From Raja brachyura (Eukaryota): a stretch of 64,000 nt of DNA. Shown here in pieces: positions 1 to 13,544 of this stretch. The position numbers and the translations under genes are program-made. The stretch covers positions 6,572,001-6,636,000 of the forward strand of contig OY740808.1 of NCBI GenBank assembly GCA_963514005.1. Reading direction: 5' to 3'. Position 1 is the stretch's first letter; every line of letters begins with the position of its first letter. The notes under the pieces were generated by a model. That model was not told the origin of the DNA. It saw only the letters and a list, made by a program, of their open reading frames with translations, and did not search any database.

Positions 1-227
1 GCAACCTAAAAAGCTGTCAAGATTGCCCTGCTGGCAACAGGGTAAAAAAGTTAAGTGAGAGCCCTGGACAGTAAGCAAATAAATGTCAATGGGAATTGGT
101 TAATAGAAGAACAAGATTGTGTTAGAATAAGCCACAATGGCCAAAGTCCTGAAATAAATCGAGTTGTTGGTATATACCAATCCACAACTCGGTGAGGATG
201 ATATTTAAATATCGAATGTGGAAATAG

Positions 228-928
228 TTCAAGTTGCAGTTCACATTTATTTGTCACATGCACCAATTAAGGTGCAGTGAAATTTGAATTACCATGCAGC
301 CATACAACCAAAAAGAACACAATACACAATAGAATTCAACATAAACATCCACCATAGTGGAATCAACATTCTTCACTGTGATGGAAGGTACCAATGTTCA
401 GCCAATATTCATCCTTTGTTCACCCGTGGTCGGGGCCACAAACCCTCCGTAGTCGCTGCTACGGACGATCCGATGTACAAGCCCTCTCGTCGGGATGAAC
501 GAAACTCCAACGTCGGGATGGATCAGAACACACACTCTGCGGCTTGGAGTTCCCGAATCGCCCACTTTCTAACCGGAGACCACAGCTTCACAATGTTATA
601 GACCGCAGGCCGGCGGTTCAGAGCAGTTCTTCTGGCTATTTCTGACAAGGGATCGCCCCGTTCCGCGATAATAAAGTCAGCGCCACGCCTGCTGCTGAAG
701 CTCTGGGCCGGTCTCCGAGAAAGGCTGCACCAATCCAGTTGTTAGGTCTCGAGGGGTGCGAAGATTCGACAAAGAGAAAAGTCGCATCTCCGTTGAGGTA
801 AGTGATTGAAAATGGTTTCCCCCTATCCCCCCCCCCCCCCACACACTAAAACATACATTTAGACATACCAAAAAAACGAAAAAAGTCAAAAGGATGAACA
901 CGCTGTTGGCCAGGCTGCCGCTCGCTCT
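228..928 (-). mobile_element. Non-autonomous element with a Rex1/L2-type 3' tail and CpG-rich body
   Basis: Reverse complement of the tgacaaataaa..tgaacttg tail seen at 6540 and 57750. Confidence 0.5.
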
Positions 929-3540
929 ATAGCAAATATAAATAATTATCACAAATTAAGATATTGTTTTCAGTGGAAGTAAAATATGAGGTAAAAGGTG
1001 TTTTTAAGGTAGATGTTGAAAAGTTCACGCTGGGGTTGGATGTGAAATTAAATAGCTTTCAGATTTAAAAGAGGATACGGAGTTTGTGCACTTCCAGATT
1101 GGAAAGAGATGAATGGGGATGAAGCTGTTGGCTATGATACCAAGTTGCCAGCAGAAGGCAACAGATGGCTTTGATCTTGCCAATGTAAATTGCACAAAAA
1201 AAAACAACGCCTCATCAACAATTTAATGTGCACCAACAAAGCAACAGGCTTCAGGTTGGGTGTCATCAGTAGGCATGTGAAGACTGGCCTCAAGTCTTTC
1301 AACAATTTCAAATGAAAAATCACCACCCATGTAATGTCAGTAAGGGTGGGGTGGGGATGTTTCAGATTAAAATCTCTCTTTCATTGGATTCATTATTTCT
1401 AAATGTGAAATGGGACAGATTTTCCCCGCCATGTTTAGTGCTCATATTACATTAAAAAACAAACACTTTGGGAACAATTTTCAAGCAACATGACAGGTTC
1501 TAAATTAAGTCATAATCATTGACGGACAAACACCGGGACCTACTTATGTAACTTTACAACACTACTGTAGCTCCGGTCTACTGACACACATTTCCACCTG
1601 CAATCTTTAGTAATTTTCTTCCTTGGTCAATGCCCCACTGCAGGCATGCTAACTCCTATCAGATCTGCCACCTAGCAAAGAGGCATTAAACCTGTGTTAA
1701 TTAGCTGTTTAGGTGTCTAAAATGTGTGTGATTGTGGACAGTAATGATTTAAACTAATAGTGTTCCTGGTAGATCAGGCAGCAAAAGAAGAACAGATGGG
1801 CAATCCAACTGCACAATCAACAATCACTCACAAACACCGCCATTGAAACAGACCACTATTTTTACTTGTTTCTGGCTTATTTGCTATACAGCAGTAAAAT
1901 CTCTGTACAGGATAAACATGCTTATAATTCAAAAAGCATCAATATCTATTAAATGTTCTGGGACACATTTGTTATATAGGCTGAGGACAGGCAAAGATTT
2001 ACTACCATATATAGTTATATCATGATTACGGAGTCAGTCGAAGTACCACATTTCCCCACAACACGCCACTTTGAAAATGGCAATCTTTCTGATCCTGTAT
2101 GGTATTAAATGCAATCTCATTTGATGCGCTGATGTGCCTACAGCAATTTGGCAGAGAGTTAGAAACCCCATCCCGTCTAATATATTGACATTTTTGTTGA
2201 ACATCCAGTACGGTACTTTTTGATCAGTGCGAGTTAGTCCAGAACAGCTGCATTAGACTAAAGGAAGGAAACCAGTTTACTTCAGACAATCAAACAATTT
2301 ACTTAAATAAAAAACAGAAAATGTTGATTAGACTATCGACTAAAAAAATAATTCAAAAATACAGAAAGCCATTTGTTGATTTCTGTCAGTTAATGAAACC
2401 ATTTGACCTAGACATTACAAAAATGTAATCGTCTTCCAATAAAGTTTGCTAATATGGTTAATGTTGTTCAATATATGTTCTGGTTTTGCAAGTTTAGAAA
2501 ATAATCACACGTTTATATGAGTGCAATTCAGTATTTTTATAATCTCCTGTCTCTAAGTCTCAACATGTTTCTTGGGTAGTCTTGTAACGAGGAGGCACAT
2601 GATGCATTTTTAAAGACCCCCGGCATAATTTATTTATGATTATGGGACAGGACAGGCAGCATGTGAAATAAATTCTCTTTCCAGAAACGCTGCCTGGTCC
2701 TAGTGTTTCCAGCATTGTCTGTTTTCATTTCAGATCTCAATCATCTGCAGTTGTATTTAACATTTGCACTCATGAATTATCACATCATTTGAAAACAAAG
2801 AAGCTGTCTTCACAATTTACTGGTACCGTTTGGATTTACAATAAAAATAAATTCTAGATCTTCAAGCCAAGGTGTAAAATATTAATCTTGGAAATTGAAA
2901 AATACAAGAGTTCCAAACCCATTTTTTTGAATGAAACTTCAACACTCTAATCTCCCAAATACCTTAAATCTAACCCCCAATTCCAGATGTCACTGCTGCG
3001 TTAAATACCTCCATCATTAACTCATCCTAAGGCTCTCGCTGTTCTAGTCAATTATTCCTTCCCTCGGCTTAATATGTTTTACAGAACATAGACCCAATCT
3101 TTATTCACAATTGTATTTCTCCAGCCCTAAACCCCCTCAAATCTCAACTGTACAATATTTAGTACTATCGCATTAGAACTGTATGCCATATTACAGTTTC
3201 GTTTATTGTCATGTACTGAGGTACAGGGAAAAGCTTGTGTTGCGTGCTAACCAGTGAGCAGAAAGCCAATGCATGACAATATTTCAGCTCTGGGCTAACA
3301 TGTTAAACAGTTCAAGCACAGCATTCCTGCTCTTAAATTATAAAACTCAGGCCAAGAGAACAATGCTATGCTCCCTCAACATATTTATCTGTCTTCTATA
3401 TTCAAGGATCTCTGGGCATGCAATACACGGTCCTTTATTCCTCCAAACATATCAGCATATCATAGTTTGAAAAAAAATTATCCTCAGTACTGAGTTTGCT
3501 GGCTACAACTTATGTAGGCAGTAGGAAACGAAGAGTATAT

Positions 3541-3790
3541 AGAAACATAGAAATTAGGTGCAGGAGTAGGCCATTCGGCCCTTCGAGCCTGCACCGCCAT
3601 TCAATATGACCATGGCTGATCATCCAACTCAGTATCCCGTACCTGCCTTCTCTCCATACCCTCTGATCCCCTTAGCCACAAGGGCCACATCTTAAATATA
3701 GCCAATGAACTGGCCTCAACTGCCCTCTGTGGCAGAGAGTTCCAGAGACCCACCACGCTCTGTGTGAAAAAAGTCCTTCTCATCTCGGTC
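3541..3790 (-). mobile_element. CR1 3' fragment
   Basis: FFTQSVVGLWNSLPQRAVEA plus CR1 3'UTR. Confidence 0.85.
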
Positions 3791-4469
3791 ATATGTTGTA
3801 TATCTTGAATATTTTATACAAAGGTATTTCCCATTTTGAAAGCTCATTATTCATATAGTCACATCTTCAATTTTAAATCTTTAATTTGAATTACAGATCA
3901 AATTTGCAACAGTAATTAAGCGCAGAATATTTGAATAGCAGCTTGTAGCCCTAGTCATTAAAACTATTTACATCCATGGTTAAATAAACACCTTAATATG
4001 TTTAAAAATAAACAAGACCACCTTTAATATAAATACATTACAAGATAAACACAGCATCTTGGTTACAAGACAACTTGAGAAACATGCAGAGCCTTAGAGA
4101 GAACAGGTAATGTAAATATTGAGTGTGGCTCACAATGTGTTTGATTACCTATCTAGCCACAGCACAATAACATTGATTATACACCAATGGCCCCAACAAA
4201 TCAATAAATCAACATGCTTTTCTATATTTTTGAAATATTTTATGTAGTTTGATCAACAACAGCAAAATAGAATTTAGAAACTAGAACCAGTGATGAGGCA
4301 ATACCCCTTTTGAAATTAATATACTGATGTAAAGTGTTCATTTTTTCCAAGTCAACATATTTTCTAAAGAGTACCAGATATACTACTTTTTGCGAAATAC
4401 ACAAATGGTCAGAAATTGCCCAGTTGTTCAATTTACCCAGCCACTTTCATCCATCAGAAAAATAACACA

Positions 4470-5335
4470 AATGGAAAGGTGACATTTTGGATCAGCACAT
4501 TTCTCCAGTCTGATTGTGATGGGGTGGCGGTGCAGGGGGAGGGGAGGGGGACAAATGGGGGAGGTGAAAGCTGGATGAGATGGGGGAAAGACAAAGCCTG
4601 GCAAATGATAGGTAAATACGGGTGAGGGAGGTCTTTGATTGACAAATGGTTGGACAAGGGCTGGAGATTAAAAAACAAAGTGTGAGATAAGGATAGAAGT
4701 GTAAATTGTGAAGTGAGAGGATGGAATATAGATGGAAGGGGACAAGGGGATAAATGAATGGGAATCCAGGTGGTGCACAATGAAGATGGGGATGAAAAAA
4801 ATGGGGAAGGGGAGGGGGTTGAGTGTGGGGTTGTTTGCAGATTAGTTACCTGTAATTGGAGGAATCATTGTTCATACCATTAGGTTGTAAGCTACCCAAG
4901 CGGAATATGAGGTGCCAATTCTCTAGATTGAATGTGGCCTCCCTCTAGCAACGAAGGTGGCCCAGGGCAGCAAGGTTAGTATGGGAATGGGAGTTAAAAT
5001 GGTTAACTCCAGGAGGTCCAACAGGCCTTGGTGGACCGAGTGCAAGTATTCGGCGAAAGGGTTGGCTGGTCTATTCTTAGTCTCGCCGAGTTAGGGGAAG
5101 CCACATCGAGAATACTAAATGCAGTAGACAAAGTTAGAGGTGCATGTGAAACTGTCTCACCTGGAAGGACTGCTGGGGACCACCAGCAATTGCATATTCC
5201 CTTCCCCACTGCTTCCACCCTCCACAGAGGCCACTCCCTCCGCAACTCCTTGGTTCACTCATCCCCTCTCACCCAAACCACCTCTTCCCCAGGTAGTTAC
5301 CCTTGCAACACCTCTCCCTATACCTCCTCCCTCAT
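4470..5335. mobile_element. Penelope-like element 3' (GIY-YIG) fragments: - strand at about 4470-5160, followed by an inverted + fragment at about 5165-5335
   Basis: Similar to the GIY-YIG region at 30270-30670 (SLRNSLVHSS..PG.YPC) and to the terminal repeat. Confidence 0.7.
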
Positions 5336-6948
5336 GAAGTGCAATTCTCTGTGTTATACCAACTATGAGGACACCAGATGTTATTTGGTTACTCTACTTT
5401 TGTTGCTGCCATTAAAAGTTTCCGAGAGTCCAGGTGGTAGTATTGTCAATGGGATTATTTAGTGCAGTGCAACTAAGCAGCAGAGTTTTCTGAATGAAAT
5501 AAGTGACTCAAAGGGAAGATATATACTCAATGTTCAAATTTATATTTGTGGAAAACAATTCACAGCTTCAAAATATTTCCAACAATTATAATGACAGACT
5601 TCTTACTAACAAATATTTCTTGTTGAATTACAATCACTCCCTCTATCTGACGAACATCTTGATAGATGTAGATAACTATTGCTTAAGTTCTTTCACAATA
5701 CAGGTATATGGTGCACAAAGTTCATATATTCAAATGCACATAGAAGGAATTAAACACTGGAGTAGCAGTAGCACTAATGAATTAATTAATAAGCAGAATA
5801 GAAATGATACAAAAGATTCACAGGAAGATACTCAACATTAACTAATAGTCTTACATGGATTATAATGAGGTATCCCACTAGAAACAGAATTGAAAAGAGC
5901 ATATCTTTTTAATATTTACACAATGCAAAAGAAAATAAATACATATTTAATCAGCACAATGTTTGCTGGAAGTAAATCCTTTGATTTAATTTGTACAACA
6001 AACATCAAGATGAGTTTATACTTCAACTCTTGCCCTCTGCCAGTGGCAGTCTTATAAATTGATTACAGGATTTTTTTAGGCTCCCAAAACCAATTTTGTT
6101 TCATTCCTTTCCAAACAGCCTGAAGATAATCATTGTTATATAATGGTGATGCCACAACACTGAAGGCAACCACAGTAAATGATCCCAAAAATCAAAATAC
6201 ACTGCAGCTATACATGGTGGATTCAAAAAATCAGAGTACAAAGTTATTTAATACTGTGATAAAAGTGCAGAAAATCAAATTATCTTTTGTCCAAATGAAA
6301 GAAACTTCATAAAAGATAATATATTGCAATTATTGCTCGGGGAGGCCCTGACCATGGGTGAACATTGGGGAACATCGGGAAGAGACTGACTTTGGTGCCT
6401 TCCCTCACGGTGGGAAATTTTGATCCTGCTGTGAGGGGATGTTTTATGTTGAATTTCTATCTACTCTGTGTTGTGTTCTTTATTTTTTTTCCTGTATGGC
6501 TGTCTGGTGACTTCATTTCACTGTGCCAATTGGCACATGTGACAAATAAAATGTATCTGTATCTGTAATTAAGTCTTTCTCCTCAGACTCTTCATTGCAC
6601 CCAAGTTTATTTTGTAATTAAGCACTTTCTTGAGATTTTGCAAGTATTAGAGCATAGGCAAAAAAGGCAAACAACAAATTCTCATCTAACTACACTACAC
6701 AATGGCACTATATTGTCAGTGCTATTGTTGGTATGGGGCACTGACAGACAAGATGCTGAAAATTAAGCAAGCGCTTTGCAAATGACAATAGATTTATTTT
6801 AAAAAACTTGTCAACCAAAACATTGACAATGTTTCATTTACTTGGGTAGATTCTTTCCAAAGCATTATTCAGAGTGATGCAATTTATATAATGTGGTATA
6901 TATAATTACTAATACTTGTTACATGTTGCGCAAAACCAGCACTTGTTA

Positions 6949-7246
6949 AGGGCCTGTCCCAGTATACGAGTTTACCCAAGAGCTCTCCCGAGTTTAAAAA
7001 AAAACAGACTTGTGGTAAGTACGTAGAATGTATGTAGTGGGTACGTCGGAGCTCGGGACGTCTCTTAGCGGCTCGTAACGCTAACAGCAGGTACTCGGGA
7101 AACGCAGTAAGCTTGTGAAGTTTTTTCAACATGTTGAAAAATGTCCACGAGAGACCCGAGTACTTACGAGCGGCAAATACCGTAATTCTCCGAGTTCGAA
7201 TCAGGGGAAACACGGGAGAACTCTTGAATGACCTCGTACGGGCCCT
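6949..7246. mobile_element. PIF/Harbinger-like MITE, TTA TSD
   Basis: Left TIR agggcctgtccca...tacgag; right end ctcgtac(del)gggccct; TTA on both sides. Confidence 0.7.
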
Positions 7247-7714
7247 TTATTTTTTTACAAACTCTCTAGTATCTAAAAAGTAGTATCAACTACAATAAGG
7301 AGATACAGAGTTTCTTACAGAAAATTAGTGTCTTTTTAAAAAAATATAAGGCATTAATATCAGTTATGTCCATTTATATTGGAAGGACCATCAATAATAG
7401 AGTATGCATGGTATCACTCACAACAAACAGTACATATCACCACATAAAATGTGAAAATCAACAAACTGCAAATGGTGGAAACCTGGAACGGTCAGGCAGC
7501 ACCAGTGGAATACATAGAGTTAACACTACAGGTCAAAGATCATTTGTCAGACTTGAATCCCAGCATTTCTTAACATCTTGAAAACATTTCAGTTGAAGAT
7601 CCGAGCTCTGATGCTGCCCGACCGGCTGAATCTTTCTACCAATTTACTCATATTGGTTGAGAGCTTCAAGTTTCTAATGTAAATATCACCAACAATTTGT
7701 TCTGGTCTAACCAC

Positions 7715-9180
7715 ATTAACACTATGACCAAAAGTACACCAATGTCTTTACTTCCTCAGAAGGTTTAAGGAAATTCAACATGTATCCAAAGATTCTTACT
7801 AATTTTTACAGATGCACCAAAGAAAGAACCCTATTGAGATGCATCACAGCTTAGTACAGCAATCGCTTTTCCCAAGATCGCAAAACAATTGCAGAGTATT
7901 GTGAATGCAGCCCATGTCATCACACAAACCAGCCTCCCTCACTTTTCCTATAGACTGCATCTATACTTCATGCTGTCAGGCACGCAGTCAATCATTATCA
8001 CTTACACACAGGCCATTCTCTCTTCTTCAGGTTTCAGGTAGAAGATATAAAAGCTTCAAGAACAGCTTCTTCCCCAATGTCATCACACTCTAGAATGGAC
8101 CCTTTGTATACTAGGTATGAATTCACTATCTTCAAACGTACCTCACTACTTCCCTTGCACTTTTTAAAATCTTCATAGATATACATTAATGATTTAGATG
8201 AAGGGATTAAAAGTAGCATTAGCAAATTTGAAGATGACACAAAGGATAAGTGTGAGGTTATCCACTTTGGTGGCAAAAACAGGAAGGCAAATTATTATCT
8301 GAATGGAGTCAAGTTGGGAAAAGGGGAAGTACAATGACATCTGGGGGTCCTTGTTCATCAGTCAATGAAAGTAAGCATGCAGGTGCAGCAGGCAGTGAAG
8401 AAAGCAAATGGCATGTTGGCCTTCATAACAAGAGGAGTTGAGTATAGGAGCAAAGAGGTCCTTCTGCAGTTGTACAGGGCCCTATTGAGACCACACCTGG
8501 TGTATTGGGTGCAGTTTTGGTCTCCAAATTTGAGGAAGGACATTCTTGCTTTTGAGGGAGTGCAGCGTAGGTTCACGAGGTTAATTCCCGGTATGGCGGG
8601 ACTGTCATATGTTGATAGAATGGAGAGACTGGGCTTGTATACTCTGGAATTTAGAACGATGAGGGGATCTTATTGAAACGTATAAGATTATTAAGGGTTT
8701 GGACACGCTAGAGGCAGGAAACATGTTCCCCGATATTGGGGGAGTCCAGAAACAGGGGCCACAGTTTAAGAATAAGGGGCAAGCCATTTAGAACAGAGAT
8801 GAGGAAAAACTTTTTCACGCAGAGGGTTATGAATCTGTGGAATTCTCTGCCTCAGAAGGCAGTGGAGGCCAATTCTCTGGATGCTTTCAAGAGAGAGTTA
8901 TATAGAGCTTTAAAGATAGCAGAGTCAGGGGATATGGGGGAGAAGGCAGGAACGGGGTACCGATTATGGATGATCAGCCACGATCACAGTGGATGACGGT
9001 GCTGGCTCGAACAGCCGAATGGTCTACTCCTGCACCTATTGTCTTCACTTCCACTGTAGTTGTAACACCATATTCTAATTATCTTGTCTTTTACACTACC
9101 GGGTGTATGGTATGATTTGTCTGAATATCACAAAAGTTTATTCCTGTACCTCAGTACACATGACAATAATAAACCAATAG
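7715..9180 (+). mobile_element. Decayed Rex1/Babar-like LINE 3' fragment, split by a CR1 insertion at about 8178-9043
   Basis: Similar to 57170-57775; the tail tgacaataataaa resumes after the CR1. Confidence 0.6.
8178..9043 (+). mobile_element. CR1 LINE 3' fragment (RT C-terminus plus 3'UTR)
   Basis: KKANGMLAFITRGVEYRSKEVLLQLYRALLRPHL, NFFTQRVMNLWNSLP, and a CR1-type 3'UTR. Confidence 0.92.
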
Positions 9181-10101
9181 ATGGGCAAAACACAGGCTGG
9201 CTGTCTGCAGAAAAGCCTCCATTCAGTTTGTAAATGTGACTGAGAACTTTCACCAGCATCATTTCAACAATATTCAAACTAATCATCCATCTGATGGACA
9301 TCCAGATTCCATTTCAAATAAACAGCTTTTCCATTTCCATCAGTGTTTTTGCCAAGTGATTTCATTTGATCTCTCATTTCTCCCCTTCCAATCTTTTGTT
9401 ACACAAAAATATTTTTAGTGCCTCTTTCCTGGTACTTTCAAGTATTGCCCTGTCAGTTTTACCGTTTAACTTTTCCCAGTTTCAATTAAAGTTTATCACT
9501 CCCTCCATTGACAGTTTCGTCTGGTGAGTACCTCTAACATTTCCTGTTTCTTTCCTGTCATTCACTCGTGGGCTCCAAGCTCCACAGGACTTTGTTAACC
9601 CATATCCATAAATAACAGGAAATTGTGAAGTGTTGGAGCGTTTGATTTACGCGCACTGGATGCATGCAACCCGCATCTTTATACAACTCAATTGGTGCTA
9701 CTTGAAGGAATATTACCCCATAGCAAATGGGTGATTGATGGTAGAAGAAAGGAGAGTTGGAAGTGCCAGAAATAGGGTGGTAGAGAAATCAGTGAGTAAC
9801 AAAAGACTGGCTGTGGATAGAAGCGAGTGAATAGTTCCACGCGATATAGGATATAGTGTTACAGCTACACTGGAAGTGAATATAACCAAGTGCAAGGGCT
9901 GCAGAGAAGCAAGTTGGAATTCATGTTATGTTATGTTGAACTTCCCTCACTTCCTCTGTGATCTCGCTTGCTTGCATTTCCTCTCTCAGTTGCCCGACAT
10001 GTTTGAGAGTGCCAGACACGGCGAAGCACTAACGTTTGAGAGGAGCTAGATCTTTTCTGGAGACCCTGCTCCCCTTCCCCACACTGTTCGCCTCCCCTTA
10101 C

Positions 10102-10153
10102 CGGCGACACTGCAGTCGGCGCAGATGTCGATGCTCCTTAACCTCTTCGACAT
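10102..10153 (-). CDS. GIT2: GIT2 (ARF GTPase-activating protein GIT2) coding exon 1, MSKRLRSIDICADCSVA; remaining exons not found in the window
   Basis: ATG at 10153 and a 52-nt phase-1 exon ending at a gtaagg donor. The peptide matches the recalled GIT2 N-terminus (MSKRLRSSEVCADCS, start of the ArfGAP zinc finger). Head-to-head with ANKRD13A as in human. Confidence 0.92.
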
Positions 10154-11079
10154 GGACAGCCGGGAAGATCGCGCCCCAAGTTCAGAGTTAGTTTTTTGTT
10201 TTGTTTTTTTTGGCGGGGGATGTTTTCCGTCGAGAGATGGTGCGGAGCGAAGTTGGAGGTTAGCGAGGAGCCGCCATCAGGGGCTGGAGCTGTGCTGGGG
10301 CTGGGGCTGGCGAGCGGGAGCGGAGTTGACGGCGCGCTCGAGCCCGGCCTCCGGCTGCCTGGAGACGCCTGGCGAGCGGGATGCCGGGATAGTGGAGGAC
10401 CGCCAGGCGGGGCGGGACCCTCCTGCGCATGCGCTACTCCCAACCCCCCCCCCAGCCCTACCACCACAGCCCTCCTCGGAGGGGGAGTCACTGCCAATAA
10501 TACATATCAATCACCACCCTGGGCCTTTCAAACACGGGTGGTTGTTGACGATGTGAGGGAAAAATACAGAATGTATGTACTTTACATTGAAAAAAAGACA
10601 CAGGCCAGGTTGGTTTCACCCTGGAAATTGTTCGATGCCACCCATGTTCCCTGCTGTGGACACATGCGACCAACGTGGAACTAACCACAGCAACAGGGAG
10701 GAGAGGGGGGCGGCGATGGTTTCCACATAACCGCCGTTTAAATTCATTAAATCAACGTTTCTGGGCCCCTCAAGGAGCCAAGGGTGGTGATATTTTATGA
10801 TTTGTTTCTTTGTGGACGCCTAGGTCGCCAGCGGCGGCTGGAAGGGGCGTCGAGGCGCCCGCCCGCCCGCGCTCTCTCTCTCGCCCGCCCGCCCGCCCAG
10901 TTGTGCGGCAGCATTTCCTTGTTGTTGTGTTGTGCGGGGAATTCTTCCCCTGTGAAGTTTTCGGAAAGTTTGAAAGTTTTTATTTCCCCCGCTCTCCACC
11001 CTTGCTGCAGCTCGTTGTAGAGGAGGCGAACGAAGGGGAGGTTTGCCCCCTCCCTTCCTGTATGGATGGTGAGGCTAGG

Positions 11080-11172
11080 ATGTGTACACTGGAAGACATC
11101 AGGAACAAATACAGGCTCCATCAGCTCGTGTGGCACAACCGGTACAGAGAGGTCGAGAAGGAACTGAAGCAG
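11080..11172 (+). CDS. ANKRD13A: ANKRD13A exon 1 (MCTLEDIRNKYRLHQLVWHNRYREVEKELKQ); alternative in-frame ATG at 11062
   Basis: Matches the ANKRD13 YxLHxLVWxN motif; CAG|gtaagt donor. Confidence 0.88.
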
Positions 11173-13544
11173 GTAAGTTACTGCGAGAGAAAGTCTCCAT
11201 TTACACCATGTCGTCCCATCAGTACGAACGGAAGTCGTCTTTGCAGTTGTTGTTGTTGGGGAAATCCCAACACCTTCCTGGATTGTTTTAACTGACTTTG
11301 AGGTAGCTACGTTATAAAAATAAACTCTTACCTAAATTACTGATCCTAGCCAAGGCCTGATTTTCCAGTCATCGCTATGGTAGGGACAGATTGTGAGTGA
11401 ATACAGTTGAAGCTGAATTGATCATATAACCATATCACAATTACAGCATGGAAACAGGCCTTCTCGGCCCTTCCAGTCCGTGCCGACCATTTATTTTCCC
11501 CTAGTCCCATCTACCTGCACTCAGACCATACCCCTCCATTCCCTTCCCGTCCATATACCTATCTACTTTACTTTTAAATGTTAAAATCGATCCTGCCTCC
11601 ACCACTTCTGCTGGAAGATCATTCCACACAGCCACCACAGGCATTCCTCAATTCCCAATCACTTAATCAAAACGCTAACCTGTGGTGTTCTTATCAGAAA
11701 ACAATTCAAAGTTAATAAATGGAGATACAAGGAACTGCAGATGATGGAATCTTGAGCAAAACAAAGTGCTGGAGTAACTCCATGCGTCAGGCAGCATCTG
11801 TGGAGGGAATGGATAAGAGTGACGTTATGCATCAGGAGAAAATGTTCTTCAGACTGGAAGGGTCCTTATGTCTTGATACCTGGTTAAGATGCTGGGGATG
11901 ATTAATCGAAACATGGGTTGAATAAGTATTCATGATGGGGACACGAGAGAATGCAGATGCTGGAATCTTGAGCAAAAATCAGGCTGCTGGTAGAACTTGG
12001 GGTTATGTAGCATCTCTGGAGGGAAATGGTCAGACAGCATTTGTGGTTGGGATTCGTCTTCATACTCCACCTGTCCTTCCTTTCTTCTTAGGTTCCACAA
12101 TTTGTACCCTTTTGTCTTCACTCATCATCACCCGCGGTGATTACTATCTCCACCACCTGACCTGTCTGGCAACCAACACCTCCAGTAGACACAAAATGCC
12201 AGAGTAACTCAGCGGGACAGGCAGCATCTCTGGAGAGAAGAAATGGGTGATGTTTCGGGCCAAGACCCTCCACCTGGATCCACCTATGACATTGGCAGTT
12301 CTTGCCCCACCTCTACCCCTCTTGTCTCTACCAGCTATCTCGTTCTTCTCTAGTCTGAAGGAAGGTCCCATCTCAAAATTTTATCAGCTGTCCATTTCCC
12401 ATCACCGATGCTGCCTGACCATTGAGTTCCTCCAGCAGTCTGGTTTTGCTAATGTATTCATGATACTGGATACTGATTACTGGTTGTATGAGCAAATAAA
12501 TGACACAATGGATGTAAGTTCATAATTAGTCACTGAGGTTACCGTGATTAACAATTTAATTGATGGTTTAAGCAAGACCTTTTGGAATTAAGTGGGGGGA
12601 AACAAAACAAAAAAATATAGTTACGATAAGAAAATTATTCAGCACAGAAGTTGCACATTCTGTCTTTTGTGGTTGTGCCAAATTTTCACTCCATTTTCCC
12701 AAATGCCACGTAAATGTTTCCATCCATTTCCACGTTAAAAAAACCACTGTTAAACTACACTTGCAGGTATTACGTCACAGAATGTTACAATTTGCTGTTT
12801 CAATCTTTGCAAATTAATCACCCCCTGGGTTTTGCTAACTGCTTTCACAGTTTGCATCATCTGGTTAAGGAAATCCCTTAGAATGGAAACAATTTCTTCC
12901 TACTTAATTGAGTCCCTTTGCAATCCTTTGCTCTATGCAAAACAACTTGGGTCTCTTCAGTCCTTCATGCCTATTAGTATCCTAATGACTCTTGCCTGGA
13001 AAGCACTTGACATCCTGAAGTGCAGTGCACAGAATTAAAAATACAGTTTCAGCTGTTCCGAAACAGGTATTTTGTAAAGGCTTTGCGATCTATAAAGTCG
13101 ACCATTCTTTTCTAACATTCTAATATAGTCACTTTCAAAAATTTGTCTTAAAATACAGTCCCATTCTTGTATTTTGAATGTAAGCAGTTAATTTTCTTTA
13201 AAATGCACTGCTTCACATTTCTCTGCATTCTCCCCATTTTTATCTCCCCCCCCCCCCCCCCCTTTCCTTCTACCCACTATCCTTGCCTGCATTTCACTCC
13301 CCACCTTCAGATTCCACCATTTGCATAATTTTTAGACTTATTGCCTCCAGTCTTGGTTTTGTATCTCCACCCTTCTACTCCTCCCCCGATTATCTGCCAC
13401 CTAATCACTCCTTACCTGGATCCACCCATCAGTCTGACCTGAAATGTCACCTATCGATGCTCTCCAGAGAAGCTGCAGGACCCTCTGAGTTACTACAGCA
13501 TTCCTTGAATCCACCTATCATTTGCCAGCTCTTGCTCCACCACT

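Larger units (their letters stand above)
10050..11200. promoter_or_regulatory. CpG island / bidirectional promoter of GIT2 and ANKRD13A
   Basis: Sharp GC/CpG enrichment against an AT-rich background, GC-box-like motifs (ggggcggg, cccgccc), and divergent ATGs about 930 bp apart. Confidence 0.8.

Noticed and set aside
5503-5841. 112-aa Asn-rich ORF
   Set aside because: AT-rich composition, no recognisable domain, antisense within the GIT2 intron.
1-10100. GIT2 exon 2 (WASVNRG...DECCSVHRSLGRH)
   Set aside because: Not found by eye on the minus strand. It probably lies outside the window, though I could have missed it.
10125-11295. Multiple overlapping 100-160 aa ORFs
   Set aside because: GC-rich CpG-island artefacts; only the GIT2 and ANKRD13A first exons are supported.
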